This document shows, piece by piece, positions 29,832-43,868 of a DNA stretch of 64,000 nt. The DNA comes from Eledone cirrhosa. Lineage: Eukaryota. Every line of letters starts with the position of its first letter. The stretch's first letter is position 1. The stretch covers positions 22,878,001 to 22,942,000 of the forward strand of contig OZ024751.1 in assembly GCA_964016885.1 (NCBI GenBank). Direction: 5' to 3'. The translations under genes were made by a program, and so were the position numbers. The notes beneath the pieces are model-generated. The model was not told where the DNA came from and made no database searches. It worked only from the letters and a program-made list of their open reading frames with translations.

Positions 29832-29916
<85 letters not shown>

Positions 29917-29926
29917 CATATATATG

Positions 29927-30000
<74 letters not shown>

Positions 30001-30140
30001 GTGGATACATCTCTACATGTCTATATAAGCAGTGTGGTTAAAACTCAACTCATAATTTCGCAGTGGTAGGCCAAGAATTTCACACGATTTTGACATGTAA
30101 ATGAAATCTGCTTACGCTGAGAGATTCTCAATAAGCGTAC

Positions 30141-30298
30141 CTGTCAGGTATAAAGTAAAGGAGACGCTTAGAATTTTGGAAATTGGAGCTTAACGGATGC
30201 CTCTCTCGCAGAGATATTCTTCATTCTGAGAATATGTAATTCCAGTAAGAAGAAGAAAAAGGAACATTCTCCACCAGAAGTCAGCCAAGCAATATTGC
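30141..30298 (-). other. Candidate non-coding (5'UTR) exon
   Basis: Acceptor gatttttctgtttcag| and donor CAG|GTACGC on the minus strand; stops in all three frames; same strand as and upstream of the 12.2 kb exon. Confidence 0.35.
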
Positions 30299-30715
30299 CT
30301 GAAACAGAAAAATCATTTGATCGCTCTATATCTGCCATCCCACACACCTCTCACAACTTACCAAGGAATTATTTTAAGTATAAGAAAATATGCATATATT
30401 CGCATGCGCACATGTGTACACAAACATATACACAGGTACATACACAGACACATGCACACATGCGAGCGCGTGACCCGTTTTATACGATGCATATATATAT
30501 GTAGAATAAAAAAGAAAACACAAGTAAGCATTAAAAAAAGGATTTTATCCAGGTATTTACAACCGTTTCATTGGTAAGCGCAACCTTATATTTACCCCTA
30601 ACCGTACGTTGGAAACCGTCCAAGAAACTTAACCACGAACTGGATTACAATAAGCAATTTTCTGATTTCGTAACTATATATCTATATATATATATATATA
30701 CATATATATAAAAAG

Positions 30716-30900
30716 GATCGATCGACTTTCATCAAATCGGACCGAGGAAACAATGTTACCGTTGGTCTTTCCAGCTGCTAATACTATCTATCGGTCGCAA
30801 CTCCAGGCAGAAGGAGCAACGTGAAATAAAGTGTCTTGCTCAAGGACATAACGCATCGCCCGGTCCAGGAATCGAACTCATAACCTCAAGATTGCGAATC
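30716..30900 (-). mobile_element. Family-C SINE
   Basis: Same sequence as 4213-4639 and 33546-33755. Confidence 0.85.
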
Positions 30901-31004
30901 CCATACATCTGCTATATCAGGCGTTAACCTAATATACTCCTTCCATATACTGTAACGTTTGTGTTGTTATTTCTGTTTACCTTTTATATATATATATATA
31001 TATA

Positions 31005-31255
31005 TCATCATCATCATCATCTTCATCATCATCATCATCATCATCATTATTATCGTCGTCGTCGTTTAACGTCCATCTTCCAGGCTAGCATAGGTTGGAT
31101 GGGTTTGTCTCACTTGAGGCAAGATTGGTCGGGTGACCGTATCTCGCTCGTACAGAACTGTTTCTGGCAGGTTTTCTACGCCTGGATGCCCTTCCTAACA
31201 CCAACCACATTTACAGTGTGAACTGGGTGCTTTTTGTCGTATCACCTGCACAACC
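31005..31255 (-). mobile_element. SINE-like element with RTE-derived body and (TGA)n tail
   Basis: ggatgcccttcctaacaccaacc (complement of the ggttggcgttaggaagggcatcc motif); (cat)n run at the 3' end. Confidence 0.6.
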
Positions 31256-31874
31256 ACTTTAAATATATATACAAATCAGGATAGATTCAGTTAGAAACCG
31301 GTTAGACCATTACTCAACAGAGTACTCGATACTTGTGGTAGTAGAGTGTGGTTATAAGAAAGGGTCGGGACCCAGACGGCAGAGCTCTTGTGGACAATAG
31401 ATGAAAGCTAAACATTTCCAGTTAGATAGATACTGCAGAGTACATCAGAGTAGCGCCTAGTGTCTTCTACTACTTGTAGTTTACTTCTATTGTTACTACT
31501 TGTAACAACAGAAACTTCTATGATATGGAGCATCCCCCTGCACGATCGAGAATAGGATAACTTTGATAACTTTGATAGGTTTCGGCCATGAAAGCCTTCC
31601 GCCATTATTTGAAGTAAGAAACTTTGTTAAGTTACGTTTCAAACACCGGATAAATAATGATTTCTAGTATAGGCACAAGGCCAGTAATTTGGTGGGAAAG
31701 GAAAGTCGATTAAATTAACCCCAGTGTGTTACTGGTGCAAATCTAACCTCGGCGGGATTTGAACTCAGACCGTAAAGGACCGTAACTCTATGCTGCCAAG
31801 CATGGTGTCCGACTGTCTATCGATATTGCCAATCCCCGCCCTCACACCGTATAAATAATGAGAAAGTTAGATAT

Positions 31875-31973
<99 letters not shown>

Positions 31974-32180
31974 ACGAAGGAAATGTGGTAAGGAACCAGG
32001 TGGACCATAACGCACCAAAGTACTCAATACTTGAGGTAGTAGAGTGGGTAATAGGAACCAGTAAGACCCCGACAGCTGAGCTCAAGCCGTTTCGACGGCT
32101 AATTCTGGACTTTTTTTTTAGTCCAGAATTAGCCGTCGAAACGGCTTGAGCTCAGCTGTCGGGGTCTTACTGGTTCCTAT
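31974..32180 (+). mobile_element. Fold-back element with 61-bp perfect arms and T8 loop
   Basis: Arms 32051-32111 and 32120-32180 are exact reverse complements; (TA)n on both sides. Confidence 0.9.
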
Positions 32181-32206
32181 ATATATATATATATATATAT
32201 ATTTAA

Positions 32207-32257
<51 letters not shown>

Positions 32258-32269
32258 TTTATATATTAT

Positions 32270-32453
32270 ATGTCAACTCCTTTGGGAGCCCCTACATGGA
32301 CACACTAGAAGAGGAAGACCAAGGTTAACGTATGTTGATGCCCTAAGGTCAGACACTGGTCTGTTGGAGATGCAGGACATGGCAGCGATAATGAGGGACA
32401 GAGACCGCTGGAGAGAACTCGTCCATGGATCTCGGGAATTTTACCCGCCTTAG
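32270..32453 (+). mobile_element. 5'-truncated RTE-X-like LINE 3' end in (TA)n
   Basis: [57 protein letters not shown]. Confidence 0.85.
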
Positions 32454-32496
32454 ATAGACAGATAGATATATTATATATATATATTTATATATTTAA

Positions 32497-32543
<47 letters not shown>

Positions 32544-32665
32544 TTTATATATTATATATATATTTATATATATATTTAATATTTATATATATATATATAT
32601 ATATAATATTTTTATATATTATATATATATATATAATATTTTTATATATATATATATAATATTTA

Positions 32666-32768
<103 letters not shown>

Positions 32769-32771
32769 GTA

Positions 32772-32820
<49 letters not shown>

Positions 32821-33053
32821 ATATATGTGTATGTATATATATATCCTTCAAAAAACTTCATTGTTTTCAAAATCATTTGAAAATCAAAGACAGTGGCTTC
32901 TTTAGAAATATAGGATGAACGGTCTAAGGTTTAGTAATGTGTTATTCAGGTGTGTACGATTTAAGCAACTGTCTATTTTCCCCTAATGGAAGCACCACTC
33001 CTGCCTGCACCTATATTACATAATCTTGCCGTTACTATTTATAGCCACCTTAC

Positions 33054-33164
33054 CTCCTGCAACAAAAGGTGCAGCTCTATGCAGTAATTATTATCAGCAC
33101 CAGCCGGATGTCTGCAGAGATTTCTACGAAATTCTTCGGAACATTCGGTTGGTTTGGAATTTGT
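33054..33164 (-). other. Candidate exon with strong donor
   Basis: Donor GAG|GTAAGG at 33054/33053. The acceptor is uncertain: either ttaagcag| at 33165 (111 nt) or ccttttgttgcag| giving a 3-nt exon. Confidence 0.25.
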
Positions 33165-33437
33165 CTGCTTAATCTATATATTTATATGTTATTATTACCT
33201 TTCCCGTTAGTTCTTGAACCGGAAGCAAAAACACGACGGCAACAACAACAACAACAAAAATAACGACAACAACAACAGCAACAATAACAAAAATAACAAC
33301 AATAACAATAAAGATGAAAATACAAAGTAATAAAAGTTCAGTTGGAAATAATCGATATTTCTTTTAAGATGTGAACAATTTTACCTTCAATCCTATTTTA
33401 GAGTTATTATTCATCACGTCACTGAATCTCTTTGAGC

Positions 33438-33484
<47 letters not shown>

Positions 33485-33545
33485 CTGTGGTATATTTTTC
33501 ATTTGTGCGTCACTGTATTTGTGTTGATATATGTGTATATGTGAA

Positions 33546-33755
33546 GGCGTGTGGCTGAGTGGTTAGAGAATTGGATTCGCAATCGTAAGGTTGTGAGTTC
33601 GATTCCTGGACCAGGCGATGCGTTATGTCCTTGAGCAAGACACTTTATTTCACGTTGCTCCTTCTACCTGGAGTTGCGACCGATAGATAGTATTAGCAAT
33701 TGGAAAGACCAACGGAAACATTGTTCCCTCGGTCCGATTTGACGAAAGTCGATCG
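33546..33755 (+). mobile_element. Family-C SINE
   Basis: ggcgtgtggctgagtggttagag...gttcgattcctgg...gtccttgagcaagacacttt. Confidence 0.88.
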
Positions 33756-33876
33756 TTCCTGTAATATGTGTATATATATATATATATGTGTCTGTGTGTG
33801 TATATATATATATGTGTGTGTGTAAGTGTGTGTGTATATGTATATATATATGTATATATATATATGTGTGTGTGTT

Positions 33877-33947
<71 letters not shown>

Positions 33948-34310
33948 AATTTGAAATGTCTGTGTCCCAATAGAAATGACCAGAATATTCCTAATAAGTC
34001 TATCGTAGCGTAAGTAACTCTCAGGAGAGCTGGTCAGCAAAAGGTCTTCAGAGAGGAACCCCCTTTCCTAGAGCAAATGTTTCGGCCCTTAACCTCTATG
34101 ATAGTAACCATAAAGATAGTCATTCACAATAAATAATAGTTCATGTTTTTCTCAACTATTATTTATAGTGATCGACTGTTTTAATCACCATTTGCATTGG
34201 GACGCACACATTGCAAATTTCATATTTTCCCAATGCTTCTTAAGTCAACCGCTTTAATTTATTATATATACATATATATATATATGCATATATATACATA
34301 TATATATATA

Positions 34311-34498
34311 TGCACTCAGTGCTCCTTTGGGAGCCCCTACATGGACACACTAGAAGAGGAAGACCAAGGTTAACATATGTTGATGCACTAAGGTCAGACA
34401 CTGGTCTGTTGGAGATGCAGGATATGGCAGCGATAATGAGGGACAGAGACCGCTGGAGAGAACTCGTCCATGGATCTCGGGAATTTTACCCGCCTTAG
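34311..34498 (+). mobile_element. 5'-truncated RTE-X-like LINE 3' end in (TA)n
   Basis: Near-identical to 32277-32453; ORF 34310-34498. Confidence 0.85.
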
Positions 34499-34531
34499 AT
34501 GAGAGATATATATATATATATATAATAAATT

Positions 34532-34568
<37 letters not shown>

Positions 34569-34585
34569 GTATATATATATAATAA

Positions 34586-34641
<56 letters not shown>

Positions 34642-34660
34642 GTATATATATATGTATATA

Positions 34661-34693
<33 letters not shown>

Positions 34694-34700
34694 GTATATA

Positions 34701-34738
<38 letters not shown>

Positions 34739-34751
34739 TGTATATATATAC

Positions 34752-34932
<181 letters not shown>

Positions 34933-34968
34933 CATATATATATATACATATATACGTTTATATATATG

Positions 34969-35032
<64 letters not shown>

Positions 35033-35132
35033 CATATATATATAAATATATATATATATAAATATATATATAAATATATATATATATATAAATATATATA
35101 TAAATATATATATATATATAAATATATAAATG

Positions 35133-35163
<31 letters not shown>

Positions 35164-35402
35164 TTGTATGTGTGTGTGTGTGTGTGTGTGTGTACATATA
35201 TAGGAAATATAAATATGCGCGCGTGTGTGGATGTCTGTACGGAATATGTATGTTGAGTGAAGGAAAGGAAGAGTAAGAGAGAGAAAGAGGAAGATAGATG
35301 TGTGTGAAGAAGATAGAGAGACAGAGAAAGTGAGAGATGAAAGGAATAATATATCGGTATTTATAGACAACAGGATTGCATATATATATATATATTTATA
35401 TA

Positions 35403-35434
<32 letters not shown>

Positions 35435-35710
35435 CTTATATATATGCTTAAATACATACATACATATAAACATACATATATACATACAACCATGCAAACA
35501 TATATACATACATACACACGTGCAAATACACACACACATATATATATGCATAAATACTCACATACATATATTTATCATCGACATCATCATCATCATCATC
35601 ATACATATATACGTATATACATACATATAAACATACATACATATATGTATCTATGTATACATATACTCACACCAACATACATGCATGTGTATGTTGGTGA
35701 GTATATATAA

Positions 35711-35777
<67 letters not shown>

Positions 35778-35790
35778 TACATATATATAT

Positions 35791-35859
<69 letters not shown>

Positions 35860-35925
35860 TACGTTTAAATAGCTTGACAAATCGAACATTGCTGTAGGGA
35901 AAATCTAACACACAATAATATACCA

Positions 35926-35964
<39 letters not shown>

Positions 35965-36175
35965 CTCCAATTATTCGTAGGTTTAGTCCGTAGCTTTTCA
36001 AGTCTTAGGCAATTTTAATGATTGCAATTAAATCTGTTGGCAGGCGTCTCCTCTTTAAGTCTGTTGTAGCCATCTTAGTGGAATGGTGGAAATGTGTTTC
36101 GTTGTTCACATCTATTATTTCAAGTAGGACTATATCGTGAATGTTTTCTAAACTATCATCGCATTTCTATGCACG

Positions 36176-36229
<54 letters not shown>

Positions 36230-36384
36230 TGACGAATAATTCAGATCAAAATAAATGCAAGGAAGCTAGCTATTCACGGACAGCATCGTATCATGTCACA
36301 TGATATATATATTCTATCATCTCATTTAAATATGTCATATTTTATTTTGTTTCATCTTGTCACATGATAGTATTTCACGATGAA

Positions 36385-36830
36385 ATATGGCGGTGGACTG
36401 GTAGTATCGGTAGAGCGTCGGCTAACATGCTTCGCAGCATAGAATTACACCCCTTTACGTTCTAAATTCAAATCTTACTGAGGTTAGCTTTGCCTTTCAA
36501 TCTTACGGGGTCGATAAAATAATGTACCAGTAACATTAAAATCGATTTAAATAGCCCCTTCCCCCCACAAAAACTGTTGGCTTTGCGCCTAAATCAGAAA
36601 CACTTATTCTATTTAGAGGTTTGGGTGGCGGATTGGCAGTATTGGTAGAGCATCGGACAACGACTCTTTGCGTTCAAATGGCACCGAGTTCAAATGCCGC
36701 CGAGGTTTGCTTTGTCTTTCATCCTTACGGGGTCGATAAAATAAAGTACCAGTAACACACTAGGGTCGATTTAATCGTCTTTCCTCTCACCCAGGATTGT
36801 TCGCTTTGTGCCTAAATCAGAAACCGTTAT
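36385..36830 (+). mobile_element. Two family-M SINEs; inverted paralogue of part of the 28 kb cluster
   Basis: Shares the flank tatttagaggtttggg and aaactgttggct.tgcgcctaaatcagaaac with 28195-28430 in reverse complement. Confidence 0.8.
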
Positions 36831-36874
36831 TTCCAGTGGGATCAAGGGTGGTGGATTTTCAGAATTGATAGAGC

Positions 36875-37205
36875 TTCTCTTCTTTGCCCACTTATTCCTG
36901 AGAGGGTCATGGGGGCAGAGTACTCAAACACTCCCTCCAGTGGGTCTTGTCAGAAGCAACCGTCTCCAACTTATTCGGCTGGATCCCTAAGCGTGACCAG
37001 TCAAGCTCATGGATATTATCCAACCATTTTGGTCGGGGTCTACCCCTCGGTCTCCTACCTGTTGGTCTTGCCCGTAAAATCTGTCCAGCGATTCTTTCCT
37101 GAGACATTCTAACCACATGCTCATAGTATCAAAGCTATGATCTCTCAATTCGGTGAAGTAGCGGCTCTACCTGGAGTGCTTCTCTGATCTCCGAGCTACG
37201 CACGT
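36875..37205 (-). mobile_element. 3' fragment of RTE-clade (Expander/Rex3-like) LINE
   Basis: VRSSEIREALQVEPLLHRIERS...HVVRMSQERIAGQILRARPTGRRPRGRPRPKWLDNI...LPP. Confidence 0.88.
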
Positions 37206-37518
37206 CGAGGTTAGCTGTAGCTGTCATCCTTCTGCTGTTGACAAAATAGAGTACAAATTCAGTTGATTTGCCACTTTCTCTGAAATATTACTGGCCTTGT
37301 GCCTAAATTAGAAACTAATATTTCTAGTGGTGCTATCTGATGAATGATTTCTTAACTACAATCGTACTTCTAAGCACGCATATCTTCTGGCAACGGTGAT
37401 GCGTTACTTTCTGATCAAATGAACACAAGGATCCAATCAATCCATGGATATTATCATGCCATCCCGTGATGAGATGTGATATAGCATATCATATTATATT
37501 TTATTGCATCATATGCTA

Positions 37519-37583
<65 letters not shown>

Positions 37584-37994
37584 TTATATATATATATGAT
37601 ATATTATATCATATCATATTTTTATATCATCCAAGATCTAGATACTTGCCTTTCAATGTAATCTGATATGGAGATCTATTTGAGTTATTGACTTTGCTTC
37701 CATGAGAGAATTATGATGGATTTTCAAATAAAAAGAAACATTCTTCCAATAAGACGAACTAAGTGAGAGCGGGTGGTGCTGGATTTAATCATAAACTAAA
37801 TAAGCTAAAATTGATTACCTTACAAACTAATCCTTACACTGCACACCAAGTACAATGCCCAATCCTTTCTATCTAAAATGCCGTTCCTTGGGAACTCACG
37901 ACTGCTCACAAACACAAACATACATACATACATACATACATACATACATACATACATACATACATACATACATACATACATACATACATACATA

Positions 37995-38590
37995 CATGGT
38001 GGATGCCAACTCGTTTTCGAGTACGGCCACTACTTTATATCCATGTAGGAGAACCCCTACCGATGCGCTGAACGAGTGTGACTTTTTAGTCCAGCCAGCG
38101 ACTTGAAAACTCTGGTACAAACACTAGACTTGTGACAATTATTGACACATAGTGCTGGGCCCATGGTACCATGTGACGACAAGTGCAGAGAGATCTCCAG
38201 ATATAAAGCAATGCCTGTGCCGTGAAGCTTTTATAGTGAGCAAAGGCACTGCACAAAGCCAGTCCCACTCTCTTAACCAAGATGATATTTACCAAAAAGA
38301 AGAACAAGTCAACATCATTGGATACCATCAGGGTTGCAGGTGTTATATCAGAGTTTTCCTTCTCCTAGAATTCTGCCTTGACAAAGGCTAAGGGGTCATC
38401 TCTCCCGGTGATTTTGGATGGTTATTGACTCTTAAGAGCTCCTTTGCCCTTTGACAGGTTTTGTTTTTAGTCCTGCAGGATGTCCAAAGTCACCCTCCTC
38501 ACCAAGAAACCTTGGTTGGGTTGCCAGTTTAGTCGCCAACGACCCGACCATGAGACAGGTTGTACTGGGATACATGTTACCAGTAGCACC
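37995..38590 (-). mobile_element. Bipartite non-autonomous RTE derivative (5'UTR plus ORF2 3' end) in (TACA)n
   Basis: ctaggagaaggaaaactctg RTE 5'UTR-like motif, C2H2 finger remnant (SVCTRVFKSLAGLKSHTRSAH*), ctcgaaaacgag 3' stem-loop and (ATGT)n tail. Confidence 0.75.
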
Positions 38591-38658
38591 TACATACATA
38601 CATACATACATACATACATACATACATACATACATACATACATACATACATACATACA

Positions 38659-38694
<36 letters not shown>

Positions 38695-40359
38695 TGAGTG
38701 GACCTACAGCAATATAAACATATCATTAACATTTAATTATTTTTTAAAATAAAAATGACACAATTGAGGGTTAAAAAGCACACAATTGAGGGTTAAAAAT
38801 CACAAATTAGCAGCTAATGACATTGGGGGAGGGGAAAGATTTGATCGACTTTCGTCTCCCTCCAAATTGTTGGCCTTGTGCCTAAATCAGAAACAAATAT
38901 GTTCCAGTCGCGCCGCGTTCCACTTTATTTTTCATCCTTCTGCGATCGATAAAATAATATACCAGTAACGCACTGGGATCGATTTTATCGACTTTCCTCT
39001 CCCCACAAATTGTTGGTTTTGTGTCTAAATCAGAAACCATTATTTTCAAGTCCCGCCGAAGTCAATTTTTTTGCTTTTCATCTTTCCGAGATCAATAAAA
39101 TAAAGTATCAGTCAAATACTGAAGTCAATTTGATCAGCATTCTCCTCCCACTAAAATTGCTGACCTTGTGCCTAAATTAGAAACCATTATTAAATTAAGG
39201 GATAAGCTAGTTGATTTATCTGCTTGACTAATTAAAGGTGGATTAAAGTTTTAATTGAGCGCTGTGGAGCAAAATATAATCTTCCAACAAGCTGAGACAC
39301 GATATTTTTTTTATTCCCAGTTAAAAATATAAAATGTAGAGAAAAATAAATAAATATATCGATATTTTTCTGTTGGTTGAAAGAAATCTAAATGTTAATG
39401 ATAGAAGAGTAAATACGATTAAATAGAACTCAAACCAATGTTAAAAATGTAAATTTAAATCTAGCGAAGATTTGAATTCAGAAACTAGAAAGTCAAAGCA
39501 AAACACATTAATTCATTTAATTCATTTAATCCTTTTAAAAAGGCGGCGAATTGGCAGAGTCGTTAGAACGTTGGATTAGAATGCTTTGCGGAATTTGTTT
39601 CAGCTCTCTACTCATTAAGTTTAAATCCCTCCGAGGTCAACTTTGCCTTTCTTCTATTTGGTGTCGATAAATAGTACCAGCCAAGTATTGGGATCGATTC
39701 TTCTTCTATGTCGCTTTCTCACTTCCATTCGATCACTCTCTATCTTTCTCTGGAAAAAGATCTGCAGTATTCAGACCTGAGGAGAAGATGGGCTGCCCCA
39801 GGCTTAAAAATTCCCTTGAAACGCCGTATGTCAATACGGCGTCGCTATGATTCCCTCGGGAATTACAGGACCATGATACAATCTTTTTTATACCAAATCA
39901 CCTGAAGCTGTTCCTGTTTCTATCATACTATGCTTTTTATTTTAAAGTATTTCTTCTTCTTCTTCTTCTTCTTCTTCTTCTTCTTCTTCTTCTTCTTCTT
40001 CTTCTTCTTCTTCTTCTTCTCAAACCGTAACTCATGGTGGTGTTGTAGGGGTGCTGTAGTGACCCGGCCTTTCTGCAGCATTTTCAAACCTAGTGGAACC
40101 CATCTCCTCTCTAGATCTGAACACAACCGATTTATTACAGAGAGAATGAGAGTGTAGATGGGAAGTGAGAAAGAGATATAGAGGATGAATCGACCCCAGT
40201 AGTAGGCTGATACTTTTTTTATCGACCTCGAATAGATCAAAGGAAAAGTTGGCTTTGGCGAGATTTGAAATCAGCGAGCAGAGGACGAGAGGAATATCCC
40301 AAGCATTCTATCCAATGTTCTAGCAACACTGCCAATTCGCTGCCTTTTAAAGAATCTAT

Positions 40360-40740
40360 ATTTATCTGAAACCATTCCACCATAATTTTATATACGGATC
40401 ATTGTTAATTTATGTTATAAACAGCAGCTTGATAATGGGAAAGTTAAATTAAGAAATTCCTCCAAATTCTTAATTATTTTTGAAATTATTTGAAAACCAC
40501 AGGCTGTATATTTCAATAGAAATATGCTAATAAAAAGGGTTAAATTGTTTATATTTATATTTATAAAAAGAAACCTTCCATCATAATTTTATGTAAGAAC
40601 CTTTGTTATATCCCAAACACAAACTTCATAATGAGAAAGTTTGTTATATAACTAAATTCCTACAAATTCTTGATTATATTCAAAATGATTTGAAAATCAC
40701 AGGCTGTGTCTGTCTTTTATTAGAAATATTGTAATGAAAA
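40360..40740. mobile_element. Two decayed copies of an AT-rich MITE-like repeat, one ending GGGTTAA (piggyBac-like)
   Basis: 40370-40543 resembles 40575-40740; terminal aaagggttaa at 40534-40543; partner end not found. Confidence 0.4.
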
Positions 40741-41024
40741 GAAGATTCATCTAACGTCTAGATCTTTCGTTAATATATAATTATTTGATTGGAGAAATCG
40801 AAATTTTAATAATTTAAAAATAAAAATACAGAAGAAATCATAAAGAAACCTGATCTATTTAAGAGACGAAAATGAGAAAGTGGAATATTTTTGAAAATAG
40901 TGAAAATAGGAAGAATTTTTGACATTTAAATGAGTTGAATAAAACAGCACGGCTTCGACTAGGCTAAACAATATTAGACATGCACATCCCTTGATCTAAC
41001 CGACTATATCTTACATGCTGTGAA

Positions 41025-41630
41025 TGTGCATGGCTTAGTCGTTCAAGTGTTCTGCTTACAATTGTACTGTCGTGATTTCGATTCCCGACGGTGCTTTGTG
41101 TCATTGAGCAAGACACTTTACTTTATCTTGCTCCAGTTCACTCAGATGAGGGAGAAGTGAGTTTGTATCAGTAATTCAAAGAGCCAACATTATCACACAC
41201 ATTTCAGGCAATCCCTTGTATTCTTGAGCAAGGTACTTCATTTTATGTTGCTCCAGTTCACTCAGATGAGGGAGAAGTGAGTTTGTATCAGTAATTCAAA
41301 GAGCCAGCATTTTCACCAATATTTCAGGCAAACCCTTGTATTCTTGAGCAAGGTACTTCATTTTATGTTGCTCCAGTTCACTCAGATGAGGGAGAAGTGA
41401 GTTTGTATCAGTAATTCAAAGAGCCAGCATTTTCACCAATATTTCAGGCAAACCCTTGTATTCTTGAGCAAGACATTTCATTTCACGTTGCTCCAGTCTA
41501 CACATCTACGAGGTGCCGTTAAGATAAAGTACCAGTGATATACTGGGGTCTGATTTAAACAGCTTTGCTCTTCCCTCGCCTCGCTCACTGTCGACCCCAA
41601 ATTTGCTGGCCTCGTGCCTAGATTAGAAAT
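41025..41630 (+). repeat. SINE with an internal 120-bp segment amplified ~3.3 times
   Basis: Exact 120-bp period (lines 41161, 41281, 41401) built from the cttgagcaag...gttgctccagttcactcag core. Confidence 0.9.
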
Positions 41631-43282
41631 TCACATCAAGTACCATACACACACGTACACGTACACACATACACACACATAACGAGGAATTGATCGATAA
41701 TTTCTTGTCAAACTACACACACATACACACAGTCGTTCTGACCATTCTTTATCATTCTTCCTTATTCCTTATTTCCTTCCTCTCGTTCTTCCTTCTTCCA
41801 ATCAACCCCATTGACTATAACTAATAACCCCAAAAGCCCGGTCACTGACTTCTCTCTATAAAATAAACCTCACATTGCGTCAATGAAACAAATAAACACA
41901 CAATCTCGATATTTCGTTTCTTTTTGGGATTCCACTTTTGAAATTGTTTATTTGTATGTGGTGTATGTGGGGTGTGTGGTGTGACGTGGGGGTGTGAGGG
42001 TCGGTGTGGGTGTGGGTTGGGGTGTGGGGTGTGGCATGGGGTATGTGATGTATGTGGGGTGTGTGGTGTGGCGTGGGGGTGTTGGTGTGAGGGTCGGTGT
42101 GGGTATGGGGTGGGGGTGTTTGGTGGGGGGGGGGGGGGGGTGCGTGTGTGGTGTGTGGAGTGGTGTGAATGTGCTGTGGGGTGTGTGGTGTATGGAATGG
42201 TGTATATGTGTGTGGTGTCCGTAGTGTATGTGGTGAGATGTGCGTGGAGCCTAGTGTGTGGAGCGTGGTGTGTGTGTGTGGTGTGTGTGGTGTGTGTGTG
42301 TGTGATGTGGCGTGGGGGGGTGACGTGTGGTGTGGTGTGTGGAGCGTGGTGTGTGTGTGTGGAGCGTGGTGTGTGGAGCGTGGTGTGTGTGTTGTGTGGT
42401 GTGTGTGTGTGTGTGTGTGTGTGATGTGGTGTGGGTGTGTGTGACGTGTGGTGTGTCGAGCGTGGTCTGCGTGTGTGAATCGTGGTGTGTGGAGCATGGT
42501 GTGTGTGTGTTGTGTGGTGTGTAGAGCATGGTGTGTGTGTGTACATGTGTGTGTACACGTGTGTGTGTGGAGCGTGGTGTGTGTGTGCATGTGTGTTTGT
42601 GATGTGGCGTGGGGTGTGTGATGTGTGGTGTGGTGTGTGGAGTGGTCTGTATGTGTTGTGTGGTGTGTGGTGACAGTGTTAATAGCAGTAACTGTTGGAG
42701 TGTTGATAGTGGTAATAGTGATGGGTGTGGTGGTGGTGGTGGTGGTAACATTTGTAGTGTTGGTGATGGTAAAGTTGGTGGGTGTGGTGGTGGTGGTGGT
42801 GATGGCGGTGAGGTTTCCATCTTCAACCCGATTCATCTGATAACAAATAAAGACCTTATTTCTTGTGTCTTGAATGAATGTGAAAGTTCGATTATCTCCG
42901 CTAGTTACGCTAAACTAAACCTCTCTATTCACCCCCTTTCAATAAATATTTTACCAAATTTGTTTTTGTTTCATTTTTTTACGTTTTATTCTATGTCTTT
43001 ATTTGTATTTTTGTATTTGTTTGTTTGCTTGATTGTTGTTTTTTTATAATTTTTCTTGGCAAATATGGCGTCTGATTTTCAGAGTAAATAATCACGGTGA
43101 AAATATATTTATTTAGTCACCTCCAAGTGGGAATTGATGACACTAAAGGTTCGAAAGAAATTTCTCCATACGAGAATGCACACATACACACAACGCACAA
43201 CACACACAAGCTTATAAACAAACATCAACATTATGAACGAAGCGATTCTAGTCCTGTAGAATTCATTTCTATTTTAAATAAA

Positions 43283-43342
<60 letters not shown>

Positions 43343-43343
<1 letters not shown>

Positions 43344-43476
43344 CAAAGAAAGTGTGGTAAGATACCAGGTGGACCATAACGCACCAGAGTACTTGATACT
43401 TAGAGTAGTAGAGTCGATAATAGGAAAAGAGTCAGGACCCCGACGGCAGAGCTTTGCCGTCGGCATCCTGACTCTT

Positions 43477-43478
<2 letters not shown>
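43343..43478 (+). mobile_element. Fold-back element, centrally deleted variant
   Basis: aaagagtcagga..cgacggcagagctttgccgtcg..tcctgactcttt. Confidence 0.8.
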
Positions 43479-43554
<76 letters not shown>

Positions 43555-43581
43555 TACATATATATATTTGTATATATTTAT

Positions 43582-43630
<49 letters not shown>

Positions 43631-43657
43631 TACATATATATATTTGTATATATTTAT

Positions 43658-43699
<42 letters not shown>

Positions 43700-43835
43700 A
43701 TAATAATAAAATTGAAGACTAAAATCCAAAGAGGGCTCGATAAGGAAAATATAATCAAATATATATCAAATATAAGAACCGTTAAGGGTGAAAGCAGCGA
43801 TTCTTTGCTTAAACTTTAATCTGTTATTTTAATAA

Positions 43836-43868
<33 letters not shown>

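Noticed and set aside
34030-34100. Possible type II hammerhead on the minus strand (ggccgaaac...ctgaaga)
   Set aside because: Stem II is out of register and stem III does not pair.
38480-38590. HDV-like ribozyme at the RTE-derivative 5' end
   Set aside because: P2- and P4-like pairings exist, but no convincing P1/P3 could be assigned by eye; left as a check, not a call.
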